DNA from: Bacteroidales bacterium UBA1722
GTDB taxonomy: Bacteria > Bacteroidota > Bacteroidia > Bacteroidales > UBA932
Reading direction: 5' to 3'
DNA: 52,692 nt
NCBI GenBank assembly: GCA_002317435.1
Contig: DCIQ01000194.1
Location: 1 to 52,692, forward strand
The translations under genes were made by a program, and so were the position numbers. Below are positions 39,193 through 47,649 of the stretch, piece by piece. The notes beneath the pieces are model-generated. The model did no database searches. It saw only the letters and a list, made by a program, of their open reading frames with translations, and was not told the DNA's origin. Every line of letters starts with the position of its first letter. Position 1 is the stretch's first letter.

Positions 39193-40302
39193 TTATGCTC
39201 CTATTATCCATTTCCCGCCGGGTATCAGCGAAATCAGCTTTGAGGTGACGGCGCTGCAGATGAACGTGCAGACGGCGATGGCCGGGATGGCTATGGCGAC
39301 CGGTACTGCAGGTGATGCGGAACTTCCCTGGATGAACACTCCGGCGAATGCGCAGAGATAGAACATATGCATGAGATACATTCCGAACGACAGCCTGGAG
39401 ATGCCGGTGACTATTTTAGGAGGACGCTCCTGCCTTATGCAGGAAAACATCAGAAATGCACCGAAGGTGGCGGCGAGGACATTGGGGGTGCAGAACTCCC
39501 ACGACCATTCCAGCAGGGGAGTGGATATCAGTTCTCCCGGGACTCCTTTCCACCAGAAGGACCATCCTGTGAATGCAGCCCCGGTGAGGAACGCGACAAG
39601 TCCCACCGTCATCCTCTTCTTTACCGACCAGTCGATATGAACCCTTATGTAATGCGCCAGCACCAGATATCCCAGATATCCGGAGCAGTACCAGAGCATA
39701 GAGAACCTGTTCCAGAAGCATTCTCCCCAGATCTCGCCTGACAGAAAAGTGTGTATCCAGGGGATGAAGGTGGAGAGCACGAAGCACCACAGGAATATAC
39801 GTTCCTCCCTGGCCGTCGCTTTCTCCAGCCACGGTGAAACCACCGGCATAATCAGGTAGAGGCTGATGAGCGGGTACATGAACCACAGGTGCCCGGCCAT
39901 CGACGGGAAGTTCAGAGGGAGGTGTTTCAGGTCTGTCAGGGACTGCTCCGGGGTCATCCCTCCCCACAGCAGGGGCAGAAAGCAGTAGAGCAGCATGAAG
40001 CAGATCATCGGGGGGAGAATTCTCCGGGCTCTTTTCACGTAGAAGTCCACCATGCCTGTGCCGGGTTTGAGAGGTACCAGCAGGAAGGCCGAGACCACCA
40101 TGAACAGCGGTACGCAGGTGCGTGCGACGAAACCGTCATAAAATGCCACCCAGAAGCGGTTGGCGTCGTTCGCCAGCATCGAGACGTTTCCGGCCAGTCC
40201 CGAAGCGTCCGCCCCGTAAAAATTCTCGCTCGCGTGGACGAGCATCACCAGGAAGCAGGCCGCCACCCTGATGTAATCCACGAATACTACTCTGTTCTGC
40301 AT
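39193..40302 (-). CDS. Acyltransferase family 3 integral membrane protein (O-acyltransferase)
   Basis: MQNRVVFVDYIRVAACFLVMLVHASE is the typical Acyl_transf_3 N-terminus. ~10 TM segments. Confidence 0.8.
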   Translation of the reverse strand: MQNRVVFVDYIRVAACFLVMLVHASENFYGADASGLAGNVSMLANDANRFWVAFYDGFVARTCVPLFMVVSAFLLVPLKPGTGMVDFYVKRARRILPPMICFMLLYCFLPLLWGGMTPEQSLTDLKHLPLNFPSMAGHLWFMYPLISLYLIMPVVSPWLEKATAREERIFLWCFVLSTFIPWIHTFLSGEIWGECFWNRFSMLWYCSGYLGYLVLAHYIRVHIDWSVKKRMTVGLVAFLTGAAFTGWSFWWKGVPGELISTPLLEWSWEFCTPNVLAATFGAFLMFSCIRQERPPKIVTGISRLSFGMYLMHMFYLCAFAGVFIQGSSASPAVPVAIAIPAIAVCTFICSAVTSKLISLIPGGKWIIGA

Positions 40303-40326
40303 ATTTGTCTATGGGTAAGGATTCCG

Positions 40327-40334
40327 CAAAGGTA
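40327..40334 (-). promoter_or_regulatory. Bacteroides-type -7 box (TAccTTTG) for the acyltransferase-cupin operon
   Basis: The minus strand reads TACCTTTG 25 nt upstream of the ATG at 40302. Confidence 0.4.
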
Positions 40335-40508
40335 AGATATTCCGTCGGGAATCCGACGGATTGGAGGGAGGGAATGCATTATTGCCGCAAGACCGTGTCA
40401 TCGTAAAAGAAAACTTGCTGTTTTTTTACTTTTTCGCCCTTTGTTCTTCCTTCAACGGAAGGTGTGGTAGTTAGTATAATACTGTTTATGTGATGGTTAT
40501 TCTTAATG

Positions 40509-40760
40509 TTATGTCCACAGTTCAAAAGCACCGTCAATGGCCTGATCCAGTGTCACTGCCTCTATGCTGTTCATCACGCATCCCTGTCTGTCATACGCTT
40601 CCAGATAGACATATTTCTTTTGGAAATGGAACGAACGGTCAGCCTGAAGAAGCTCCTTCTCCGTATCATAGTAGCAGGTGTCATCACCAGTCTCACCGAC
40701 ATACTCCACTGATATCCTGAAAGCGTTGGTCTTTTGTTTTAGATATTGCAGTCTGTTCAT
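40509..40760 (-). CDS. Small hypothetical protein co-transcribed with trxA
   Basis: 83-aa ORF starting 3 nt after the trxA stop. No recognisable motif. Coding status inferred from position only. Confidence 0.45.
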   Translation of the reverse strand: MNRLQYLKQKTNAFRISVEYVGETGDDTCYYDTEKELLQADRSFHFQKKYVYLEAYDRQGCVMNSIEAVTLDQAIDGAFELWT

Positions 40761-40763
40761 GGC

Positions 40764-41075
40764 TTATCGTGTAAATTGTCCTATTGCTGATAATAAACTG
40801 GTCAGCGGCATTGCTCCGCTCTGCCGCCAGAGCTGTTCTCCTTTCCTGAAGAGCATCAATGTGGGTACGGACTGGACAGCATACCTCTGTGCCGTTTCGG
40901 TGTTCCTGTCGATATCCACCTTGATAATCCTGATACCGTCTCCCATTTTCTCCTTGAGCTGTTCCAGTATGGGGTGCATCATCTTACAGGGGCCGCACCA
41001 TGTGGCGAAGAAGTCCACCAGAGTTAGTCCTTCGCCGGAAATAATATCATTAAATGATTCCATCTTTCCTTTCAA
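40764..41075 (-). CDS. trxA: Thioredoxin
   Basis: 103 aa with FWATWCGPCKMM active site. Confidence 0.95.
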   Translation of the reverse strand: MKGKMESFNDIISGEGLTLVDFFATWCGPCKMMHPILEQLKEKMGDGIRIIKVDIDRNTETAQRYAVQSVPTLMLFRKGEQLWRQSGAMPLTSLLSAIGQFTR

Positions 41076-41084
41076 TAGTCAAGG

Positions 41085-41092
41085 CAAATATA
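41085..41092 (-). promoter_or_regulatory. Bacteroides-type -7 box (TAtaTTTG) for trxA
   Basis: The minus strand reads TATATTTG ~10-17 nt upstream of the trxA ATG (41075). Confidence 0.35.
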
Positions 41093-41164
41093 CCATTCTG
41101 ATTGATATGTTATCCGTATTATTGTTCCGAATTGCGTAACTTCGCGATAAAAGAAACAGCTGAT

Positions 41165-41563
41165 ATGTCAAAGAGCGAATACATCAAAAAGAACCAGGAA
41201 TGGTTGCAGAACAAATCCCTTGAAGAGGGAGTTGAACATCTTTCTAAAGACATCCACTACAAGGTGTTATCAACAGGAGATCCGTCAGGAAGAACGCCTC
41301 AGTTGAGTGACATCATCTTTGTCCACTATACCGGAAGAACCATTGACGGCAAGGTCTTCGACACCAGCCGTTCCGGAATGCCTCTTGTAATCCGTCTCAG
41401 GGAACTGATCGAAGGATGGCAGATAGCTCTCACCCGTATGCACGTCGGCGACAGATGGGAACTGTATATCCCGGCGGATATGGGATACGGGAAGTCATCT
41501 CTTCCCGGAATACCGGGCGGTTCCACCCTGATATTCGATGTCGAACTGCTAAAGATTCAGTGA
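41165..41563 (+). CDS. FKBP-type peptidyl-prolyl cis-trans isomerase
   Basis: VHYTGRTIDGKVFDTS...GWQIALTRMHVGDRWELYIPADMGYG...PGGSTLIFDVELL is a canonical FKBP_C domain. ATG at 41165 (MSKSEYIKKNQEW). Confidence 0.9.
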   Translation: MSKSEYIKKNQEWLQNKSLEEGVEHLSKDIHYKVLSTGDPSGRTPQLSDIIFVHYTGRTIDGKVFDTSRSGMPLVIRLRELIEGWQIALTRMHVGDRWELYIPADMGYGKSSLPGIPGGSTLIFDVELLKIQ

Positions 41564-41569
41564 CAGACA

Positions 41570-42346
41570 ATGCAGGTCATTCTCGCCAGTGCCAAGATCA
41601 TGCGGGAGAAGAGTCCCGTGCATGGAGTGATGCCATCCGAGCCGTGCTTTATCTCTCAGGCAGCACAACTGGCTTCCGATATGTCCCGATTTTCCGTGAA
41701 GGAGCTGTCGGAACTGCTGAATTGCAGCCTGGCCATTGCGGAGCAGAATAAAGGAAGGTATGCCGTTTTCGGAACCGATGAGGCCGAGATAATGCCTGCT
41801 GTTTTCGCCTATAACGGTCAGGCATACAAGCATCTGAAAGCTGACACTCTCTCCATCGAAGACCTTGAATGGGCTAACATTCATCTATGGATATCAACTT
41901 GTCTGTATGGTCTTCTCAGACCGCTGGACGGTATCAATACATACAGAATGGAGGGAGGCTATCCACTGCCGTCCACTCAGGGAAAGAAAGTGTCCGAGTA
42001 TTGGAAACCGTATCTGACCAATACCCTCATTTCATCCGTCCAGGATGATGATGGTGTTCTCATTTATCTCGATACCGAGGAATTCCGGAATCTTTTCGAC
42101 TGGAAAACGGTATGTGATAAAGTGACGGTGATAGAACCTGAATTCCATACGCTGAGCGGGAAGACGCTCAAGACACCGTCCGTCTGGGCCAAGACCTGCC
42201 GCGGGGCGATGACGCGGTTCATCATTCAGAACAGGATTACGAACGAGGAAGAATTGGAATCCTTCTCGTATTGCGGGTTTGAATATGACAAGTTCTTGAG
42301 CAGAAAGGGACATCCGGTTTTCATAAGGAAAGAAACAGTCAAATGA
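41570..42346 (+). CDS. yaaA: Peroxide stress protein YaaA (UPF0246/DUF328)
   Basis: 258 aa: MQVILASAKIM..., AYNGQAYKHL, LYGLLRPLDGINTYRMEG, KTCRGAMTRF. Confidence 0.85.
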   Translation: MQVILASAKIMREKSPVHGVMPSEPCFISQAAQLASDMSRFSVKELSELLNCSLAIAEQNKGRYAVFGTDEAEIMPAVFAYNGQAYKHLKADTLSIEDLEWANIHLWISTCLYGLLRPLDGINTYRMEGGYPLPSTQGKKVSEYWKPYLTNTLISSVQDDDGVLIYLDTEEFRNLFDWKTVCDKVTVIEPEFHTLSGKTLKTPSVWAKTCRGAMTRFIIQNRITNEEELESFSYCGFEYDKFLSRKGHPVFIRKETVK

Positions 42347-42349
42347 GTT

Positions 42350-42790
42350 ATGCTTGAATCCACGATAGGTCGTTTTGAAGATTTCGCTTTCTCAATGGAT
42401 AGCGGTCAGATACTTCTGCTTGTTCCTGATGGCTGTTCTATGCTCTCGGATCATGAGTATTGAGATACCCGAGACCGCTATTCAGACCTTGGCTATGAAC
42501 TGCTATATCTTCCCAGACTGATGCAGAGCATTCCGGAAGATCTTCTGACGTACTACGCTCCTGAATGTGACAGAAGGTCCATATTCTCCTGTGAACTCAT
42601 CCAGAACCGAATTCTTGGTGAGCTTGGAATCTCATTGATATCCCCGATGGCTATACGGCTCATTGATGACCAGCTGCGAGTCATCAGCACAGAGGAAGGT
42701 GATGAAGACACTGATGAATTCATCTGTGAACTGCTGGAGTATCTTGAAAGCTATTATGGTGTGCCGCTAAGGCTCCCCGGCAGGGGTTAG
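42350..42790 (+). pseudogene. Hypothetical gene interrupted by an in-frame TGA (or two small ORFs of 37 and 89 codons)
   Basis: The ATG at 42350 and the 42521..42790 ORF are in the same frame. The only stop between them is a TGA at 42461..42463. Confidence 0.4.
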
Positions 42791-42970
42791 TTCAATATCC
42801 TGTGACATTGGAAATGATGTTGATTCCACACAAAGATAAACCTTGCACCCAACTTCCTACAAATAAATACCCACGGTTTTGACTGCCCGAACACTGTCCA
42901 ATGTACAAGCCATACCGTTCTATGCCTATCTGAGGAAGGACTGTGCATATTGAGGTGCAGCTGGAACATG

Positions 42971-43023
42971 CGATTTTTGGGCTAAGCGGTACAACAAACT
43001 ATGACCGCTTAGCCCAAAAATCG
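42971..43023. repeat. Perfect 20-bp inverted repeat (palindromic hairpin) with a 13-nt spacer
   Basis: cgatttttgggctaagcggt (42971-42990) and accgcttagcccaaaaatcg (43004-43023) are exact reverse complements. Confidence 0.9.
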
Positions 43024-43282
43024 GGACACTGAAAATTCTGGGACTGGTTTATCCGGAAGGTCCAAAAACGGATGACTATGAGAGTAACCCAAAACCAATC
43101 CATCCTGATCGGTCACATATGCCCCATAATGAATGTCCTCATGGATGACCCCCTTTTTTGTGGAGGGTAATCCATGATGATGCCCTCCGGAACACCGTGA
43201 AAGCTGTACATACGTGTACTGCTTTTCGTTTACCATTATGGATGTTTTTCAAGTGTCGTCCGGAAAGTGACATTGACAGGCA

Positions 43283-43478
43283 AGGCTTGTATGCGCGACA
43301 GGCCTCAGAGATGCTTCTGGAAGGGGGGGGCGCATACAAGAAATCATTCGGGCTTCCACAAGATACAAGCCCCGCGGACCGAAGGTCCGCAATCCCCCTT
43401 TGGGGGTGCAGGGGGGTAAAACGACTGCCGGCTGCATAGCAGTCGGCTACAGCGGCCCGCCGGTAAGGGCGGGTTTTT
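43283..43478 (+). ncRNA. Candidate structured RNA of unknown class ending in an intrinsic terminator
   Basis: Consecutive hairpins: cttgtatgcg/cgcatacaag (10 bp), gggctt/aagccc, gcggacc-gaa-ggtccgc, ccccc-ttt-ggggg, gccggctgc-ata-gcagtcggc. The last is cccgcc-ggtaag-ggcggg followed by TTTTT (43456..43478). No credible ORF covers the region. I could not match it to any RNA family. Confidence 0.25.
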
Positions 43479-43759
43479 CGAAGAAAAACGGAAGCCCGGA
43501 AGGCATCAGATAGGGGTATGGTGAGAAAGAAATGGGTCCGGAAGGTGGCCCCCCCACAGGAGGCACTGTCATAGAGCATCACAGAGGAACTTGGCGGGAA
43601 GGAGAGAACTTTTTCCGGACAGGATAGAAAAGTTAAATGAAATGACCCTGTTACTTCTCTTGTTGGTGACTTCCATAGATAACTATTATCCGGCAAATCC
43701 AACACTATGGCTTGATGACTACGGTGTTACCTTTTATAGTGAATTCAAAATAGGTCTTA

Positions 43760-44158
43760 TCAAGTATGGAGCAGCGCATCTGCGATGGCATGAATTCCTT
43801 CGCGTATGCGGGATTCCATCATAGGTCTCGGATGCCTGTGACCTGATGCGTAATGTGTCAACTGCTGCTGATTGATTCCTGTTATTTTTGATATGGCCGC
43901 TTTTGAGACGAATGATTCAGAGTAGTGCAGTAAGGCTCTGATGGTAAAGTGCCATTGATATTCCCACTCCCCATAGAATTCTTCCGGAACGGTTTCTCCA
44001 TCTTTCATCATCCCTTCTATATGGAAATGGAGTCCCTCATCGATGTTTTTTCTGAGTTCATCGAAAGTCCTACCTGTGGAAATACAAGCGATATTGTCAT
44101 TCAACGGACAGGCAGCATAATTGTCTGTATAGTCAACTTTGATATCTATTTTCCCCAT
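43760..44158 (-). CDS. hicB: HicB-family antitoxin
   Basis: 132 aa. N-terminal HicB fold-like region (YAACPLNDNIACISTGRTFDELRKNIDEGLHFHIEGM) and a C-terminal HTH-like segment (ISKITGINQQQLTHYASG). Lies 10 nt downstream of hicA. Confidence 0.75.
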   Translation of the reverse strand: MGKIDIKVDYTDNYAACPLNDNIACISTGRTFDELRKNIDEGLHFHIEGMMKDGETVPEEFYGEWEYQWHFTIRALLHYSESFVSKAAISKITGINQQQLTHYASGHRHPRPMMESRIREGIHAIADALLHT

Positions 44159-44168
44159 AATTATGATT

Positions 44169-44363
44169 TTATTTCCATCCGGCCTGTTTCCATATACTAT
44201 TGAGAATTTCTTGATCCAAAGTGGCGGATGGCTTATCGTTTACCGTAACTCTTCCTGTTTTGGTCGGGTGCTTGTACTGCCTGTGACTGCCTCTTTGCGC
44301 CACCAGTATCCAACCATCATCCTTCAACATCGAAAGAATCTCTCTCACTTTATACCTCTTCAT
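44169..44363 (-). CDS. hicA: HicA-family mRNA interferase toxin
   Basis: 64 aa: KVREILSMLKDDGWILVAQRGSHRQYKHPTKTGRVTV is the typical HicA dsRBD-like motif, including the catalytic His. Confidence 0.85.
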   Translation of the reverse strand: MKRYKVREILSMLKDDGWILVAQRGSHRQYKHPTKTGRVTVNDKPSATLDQEILNSIWKQAGWK

Positions 44364-44367
44364 TTTA

Positions 44368-44375
44368 CAAAGGTA
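44368..44375 (-). promoter_or_regulatory. Possible -7 box (TAccTTTG) only 4 nt upstream of the hicA ATG
   Basis: The minus strand reads TACCTTTGtaaaATG. The spacing implies a leaderless or near-leaderless transcript if the box is functional. Confidence 0.3.
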
Positions 44376-44523
44376 TAAAAAAATATATCATTTGTGTTTT
44401 TTTGTGAATATTTGACTATGTGGAAGCTGGTACCTCACTTTCTCCATCCAATTATCCTTCCCAACTTATTTTTTTCTTGAGCATATAAATGCTAACTTAG
44501 CGGAAAACTAAAAAAATCATATT

Positions 44524-45954
44524 ATGAACGATATCAGAACAAGAACCGAAAGCGACCTGATAGGTGCGCGCGAAGTGCCTCAGGAGGCTCTTTACGGAGT
44601 GCAGACACTTAGAGGCATAGAGAATTTCCGCATCAGCAAGTTCCATCTGAACGAGTATCCGCTTTTCATCAACGGACTGGCGCTTACCAAGATGGGCGCC
44701 GCGATGGCCAACTTCGAACTGGGTCTGCTGACCGGGGAACAGGCGGATGCGATAATGACGGCATGCCGGGAAATTCTCGACGGGAAGCATCACGATCAGT
44801 TCCCCGTGGACATGATACAGGGCGGTGCCGGCACCACCACGAACATGAATGCGAACGAAGTCATCGCGAACCGTGCCCTCGAACTGATGGGACACGCCAG
44901 GGGAGAATATCAGTTCTGCTCTCCGAATGACCACGTGAACCGCAGCCAGTCCACCAATGATGCCTATCCCACGGCCATCCATCTCGGGCTTTATGCCACA
45001 CACCTCGAACTGCTCAAGCATTTCAAGGCCCTGATAGCCGCGTTCCGCGCGAAGTCCGCAGAATTCGCCGATGTGGTGAAGATGGGCCGCACCCAGCTGG
45101 AGGATGCAGTGCCTATGACACTCGGCCAGACATTCGGCGGATTCGCCTCCATCCTCGAAGATGAGATCAAGAATCTCGACTTCGCCGCACGGGATTTCCT
45201 GACCATAAATATGGGTGCCACGGCCATCGGAACAGGCATCGCGGCGGAACCGGGGTATGCTGAGAAATGCACGGCGGCCATAGGTAAGATTACCGGATGG
45301 GACATCAAACTCTCCGGAGACCTCGTGGGTGCTACCTCCGATACGTCCTGCATGGTGGGATGGTCCGGAGCGCTTCGCCGCATCTGTGTGAAGGTTAACA
45401 AGATATGTAATGATCTCCGTCTGCTGGCATCCGGTCCGCGCTGCGGCCTTGGCGAGTTCAATCTCCCCGCCATGCAGCCCGGCTCCTCCATCATGCCCGG
45501 CAAGGTGAATCCCGTCATCCCGGAGGTGATGAACCAGATATGCTATAAGGTGATGGGTAACGATCTCTGTGTCGCCATGAGCGGTGAGGCCGCCCAGATG
45601 GAGCTGAATGCGATGGAGCCTGTGATGGCCCAGTGCTGCTTCGAATCGGCTGACCTTCTGATGAACGGTTTCGACACTCTCCGCACTCTCTGCGTGGAAG
45701 GTATCACCGCCAACAGGGAGAAATGTATGGCCAACGTGAAGAACAGCATCGGCATAGTGACCGCCCTGAATCCCGTCATAGGATACAAGAGTTCTACCAA
45801 AATCGCCAAGGAGGCCCTCTCCACGGGACGCGGAGTGTATGATCTGGTTCTGGAACACGATATTCTCTCGAAGGAAGACCTCGATACGATTCTTCTCCCG
45901 GAGAACATGATAAAGCCGGTGAAGCTGGATATCAAACCGAAGCGTCAGTTGTAA
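44524..45954 (+). CDS. aspA: Aspartate ammonia-lyase
   Basis: 476 aa of the fumarase/aspartase family: TESDLIGAREVPQEALYGVQTLRGIENF, the signature GSSIMPGKVNPVIPE, and an aspartase-type N-terminus. Confidence 0.9.
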   Translation: MNDIRTRTESDLIGAREVPQEALYGVQTLRGIENFRISKFHLNEYPLFINGLALTKMGAAMANFELGLLTGEQADAIMTACREILDGKHHDQFPVDMIQGGAGTTTNMNANEVIANRALELMGHARGEYQFCSPNDHVNRSQSTNDAYPTAIHLGLYATHLELLKHFKALIAAFRAKSAEFADVVKMGRTQLEDAVPMTLGQTFGGFASILEDEIKNLDFAARDFLTINMGATAIGTGIAAEPGYAEKCTAAIGKITGWDIKLSGDLVGATSDTSCMVGWSGALRRICVKVNKICNDLRLLASGPRCGLGEFNLPAMQPGSSIMPGKVNPVIPEVMNQICYKVMGNDLCVAMSGEAAQMELNAMEPVMAQCCFESADLLMNGFDTLRTLCVEGITANREKCMANVKNSIGIVTALNPVIGYKSSTKIAKEALSTGRGVYDLVLEHDILSKEDLDTILLPENMIKPVKLDIKPKRQL

Positions 45955-45958
45955 TTGA

Positions 45959-45990
45959 AGAAGCGGGGAGAGATTCCCGCTTCTTTTTTT
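45959..45990 (+). terminator. Intrinsic terminator after aspA
   Basis: gaagcggg-gagagatt-cccgcttc followed by TTTTTTT. Confidence 0.75.
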
Positions 45991-46084
45991 GTTTAACTTC
46001 TTTTTATTGTATTCCTTTGCGGCCGTTTCAGTAACCGGTGCTCCGGTCCGTTCATGTCCCCCGGTTACGTAATGATATACTAAA

Positions 46085-46900
46085 ATGTCAGTAGAATCAA
46101 CAGTTAAAATCATGACCACCCACCGCATTCAGGAGATGAAGCGTCGGGGTGAGAAAATCGCTATGATTACAGCTTACGACTATACTTCGGCGAAGATAGT
46201 CGATGAAGCGGGGATAGATATGATATTGGTGGGCGACTCCGCCTCCAATGTGATGGCGGGATATGAGACCACCCTGCCCATCACCCTGGACCAGATGATT
46301 TATCACGCCCAGTGCGTGACACGTGCCGTGACCACCCCTCTGGTGGTGGTGGACATGCCTTTCGGGACATATCAGGGGAACAGCAAGCTGGCTCTCCAGA
46401 ATGCCATCAGGATCATGAAGGAGTCGGAATGTGATGCGGTGAAGCTGGAGGGAGGCTCCGAGGTACTGGAGTCCATAGAGCGAATCCTCTCCGCCGGGAT
46501 ACCGGTCATGGGGCATCTGGGACTCACTCCCCAGTCCATACACAAGTTCGGTACGTACGGCGTGCGTGCGAAAGAGGAAGCCGAAGCCGAAAAGCTGGTA
46601 AATGATTCCAAACTTCTCCAGGAAGCGGGATGTTTCTCGCTGGTGTTGGAAAAGATACCCGCCGACCTCGGCAAGAAAGTGGCGGAGATGCTGGATATTC
46701 CCGTAATAGGTATCGGAGCGGGACGCCATGTGGACGGCCAGGTGCTGGTGATGCACGACATGCTCGGTCTGAACCAGGCCTTCGCACCCCGTTTCCTGCG
46801 CCGCTACGCGAACCTTCACGATGAATACCTGAAGGCTTTCAGACAGTATCTGGAAGACGTCAGGTCCCGGGATTTCCCTTCCGAACAGGAACAATATTGA
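46085..46900 (+). CDS. panB: 3-methyl-2-oxobutanoate hydroxymethyltransferase
   Basis: [51 protein letters not shown] and VKLEGG are canonical PanB segments. An alternative ATG lies at 46112. Confidence 0.9.
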   Translation: MSVESTVKIMTTHRIQEMKRRGEKIAMITAYDYTSAKIVDEAGIDMILVGDSASNVMAGYETTLPITLDQMIYHAQCVTRAVTTPLVVVDMPFGTYQGNSKLALQNAIRIMKESECDAVKLEGGSEVLESIERILSAGIPVMGHLGLTPQSIHKFGTYGVRAKEEAEAEKLVNDSKLLQEAGCFSLVLEKIPADLGKKVAEMLDIPVIGIGAGRHVDGQVLVMHDMLGLNQAFAPRFLRRYANLHDEYLKAFRQYLEDVRSRDFPSEQEQY

Positions 46901-46901
46901 T

Positions 46902-47621
46902 ATGGTTATGGAGAGCGTTTACAGAATCCTTTCACAGGAAGAATTCGACGATGTCTCCGGGCGGATTCTCTACGAAGACAATCACATCCTGATTCTGAAC
47001 AAGAAATCGGGAGAGATAGTCCAGGGGGACAAGACCGGCGACGAACCGCTGTGTGATACCCTGAAGGCTTTCATCGCCATGCGGGACTCGAAGCCCGGCC
47101 GCGTCTTCATGGGGGTGCCGCACCGTCTGGACCGCCCCGTCACCGGGATAGCGATGTTCGCCAAGACTTCCAAGGCTCTGGAACGCCTGAATGAGATGTT
47201 CCGTTCCGCAGAGGGCATCGGCAAGACCTATTGGGCCCTCACCGAGAAATCGCCCGATCCTGCCGAAGGAGAACTGAAACACTATCTGCTCCGTAACGAG
47301 AAGCAGAACAAATCCTATGCGTATGACCGGATGCACGATGGTGCCAAAGAGGCCCGCCTGCGCTACAGGCTGCTCGGCGCCACCCAGCGTTATTTTCTGG
47401 TGGAGGTGGAACTCCTTACCGGCCGGCACCATCAGATCCGCTGCCAGCTCTCCCATATAGGATGCCCCATCAAGGGTGACCTGAAATACGGAGCCCGCCG
47501 CTCGAACCCCGACGGCGGCATCTCCCTCCATGCCCGCAGCATCCGCTTCGACCACCCGGTCCGCCACGAAGAGATCTTCGTGGAAGCCCCCACCCCTATG
47601 GAAGGGATGATTTCCAAGTAG
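46902..47621 (+). CDS. RluA-family pseudouridine synthase
   Basis: ILNKKSGEIV, the catalytic HRLDRPVTG, and LTGRHHQIRCQL. Confidence 0.85.
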   Translation: MVMESVYRILSQEEFDDVSGRILYEDNHILILNKKSGEIVQGDKTGDEPLCDTLKAFIAMRDSKPGRVFMGVPHRLDRPVTGIAMFAKTSKALERLNEMFRSAEGIGKTYWALTEKSPDPAEGELKHYLLRNEKQNKSYAYDRMHDGAKEARLRYRLLGATQRYFLVEVELLTGRHHQIRCQLSHIGCPIKGDLKYGARRSNPDGGISLHARSIRFDHPVRHEEIFVEAPTPMEGMISK

Positions 47622-47649
47622 TACATATTGCCTCCGGCAATAATACCCC

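Noticed and set aside
40343-40362. The 8-bp hairpin tccgtcgg-gaat-ccgacgga upstream of the acyltransferase promoter, considered as a regulatory site.
   Set aside because: It is short, has no T-run and is isolated, so it cannot be distinguished from chance structure without conservation data.
42461-42463. The in-frame TGA as a selenocysteine or programmed read-through codon.
   Set aside because: There is no SECIS-like hairpin immediately downstream and no redox-type context. A nonsense mutation or two separate small ORFs are simpler explanations.
43249-43705. The 188-aa minus-strand and 93-aa plus-strand ORFs in the structured region, considered as protein-coding. Also considered: identity of the region as RNase P RNA, tmRNA, SRP RNA, 6S RNA, a group II intron or a retron msr/msd.
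   Set aside because: The translations look non-protein-like. The conserved cores were not found: GAGGAAAGUCCGGGC and ACAGAAxxCGGCUUA for RNase P, a tRNA-like end for tmRNA, GGAAGCAGC 3' of the GGAA loop for SRP, and domain V for group II introns. No reverse transcriptase gene is nearby.
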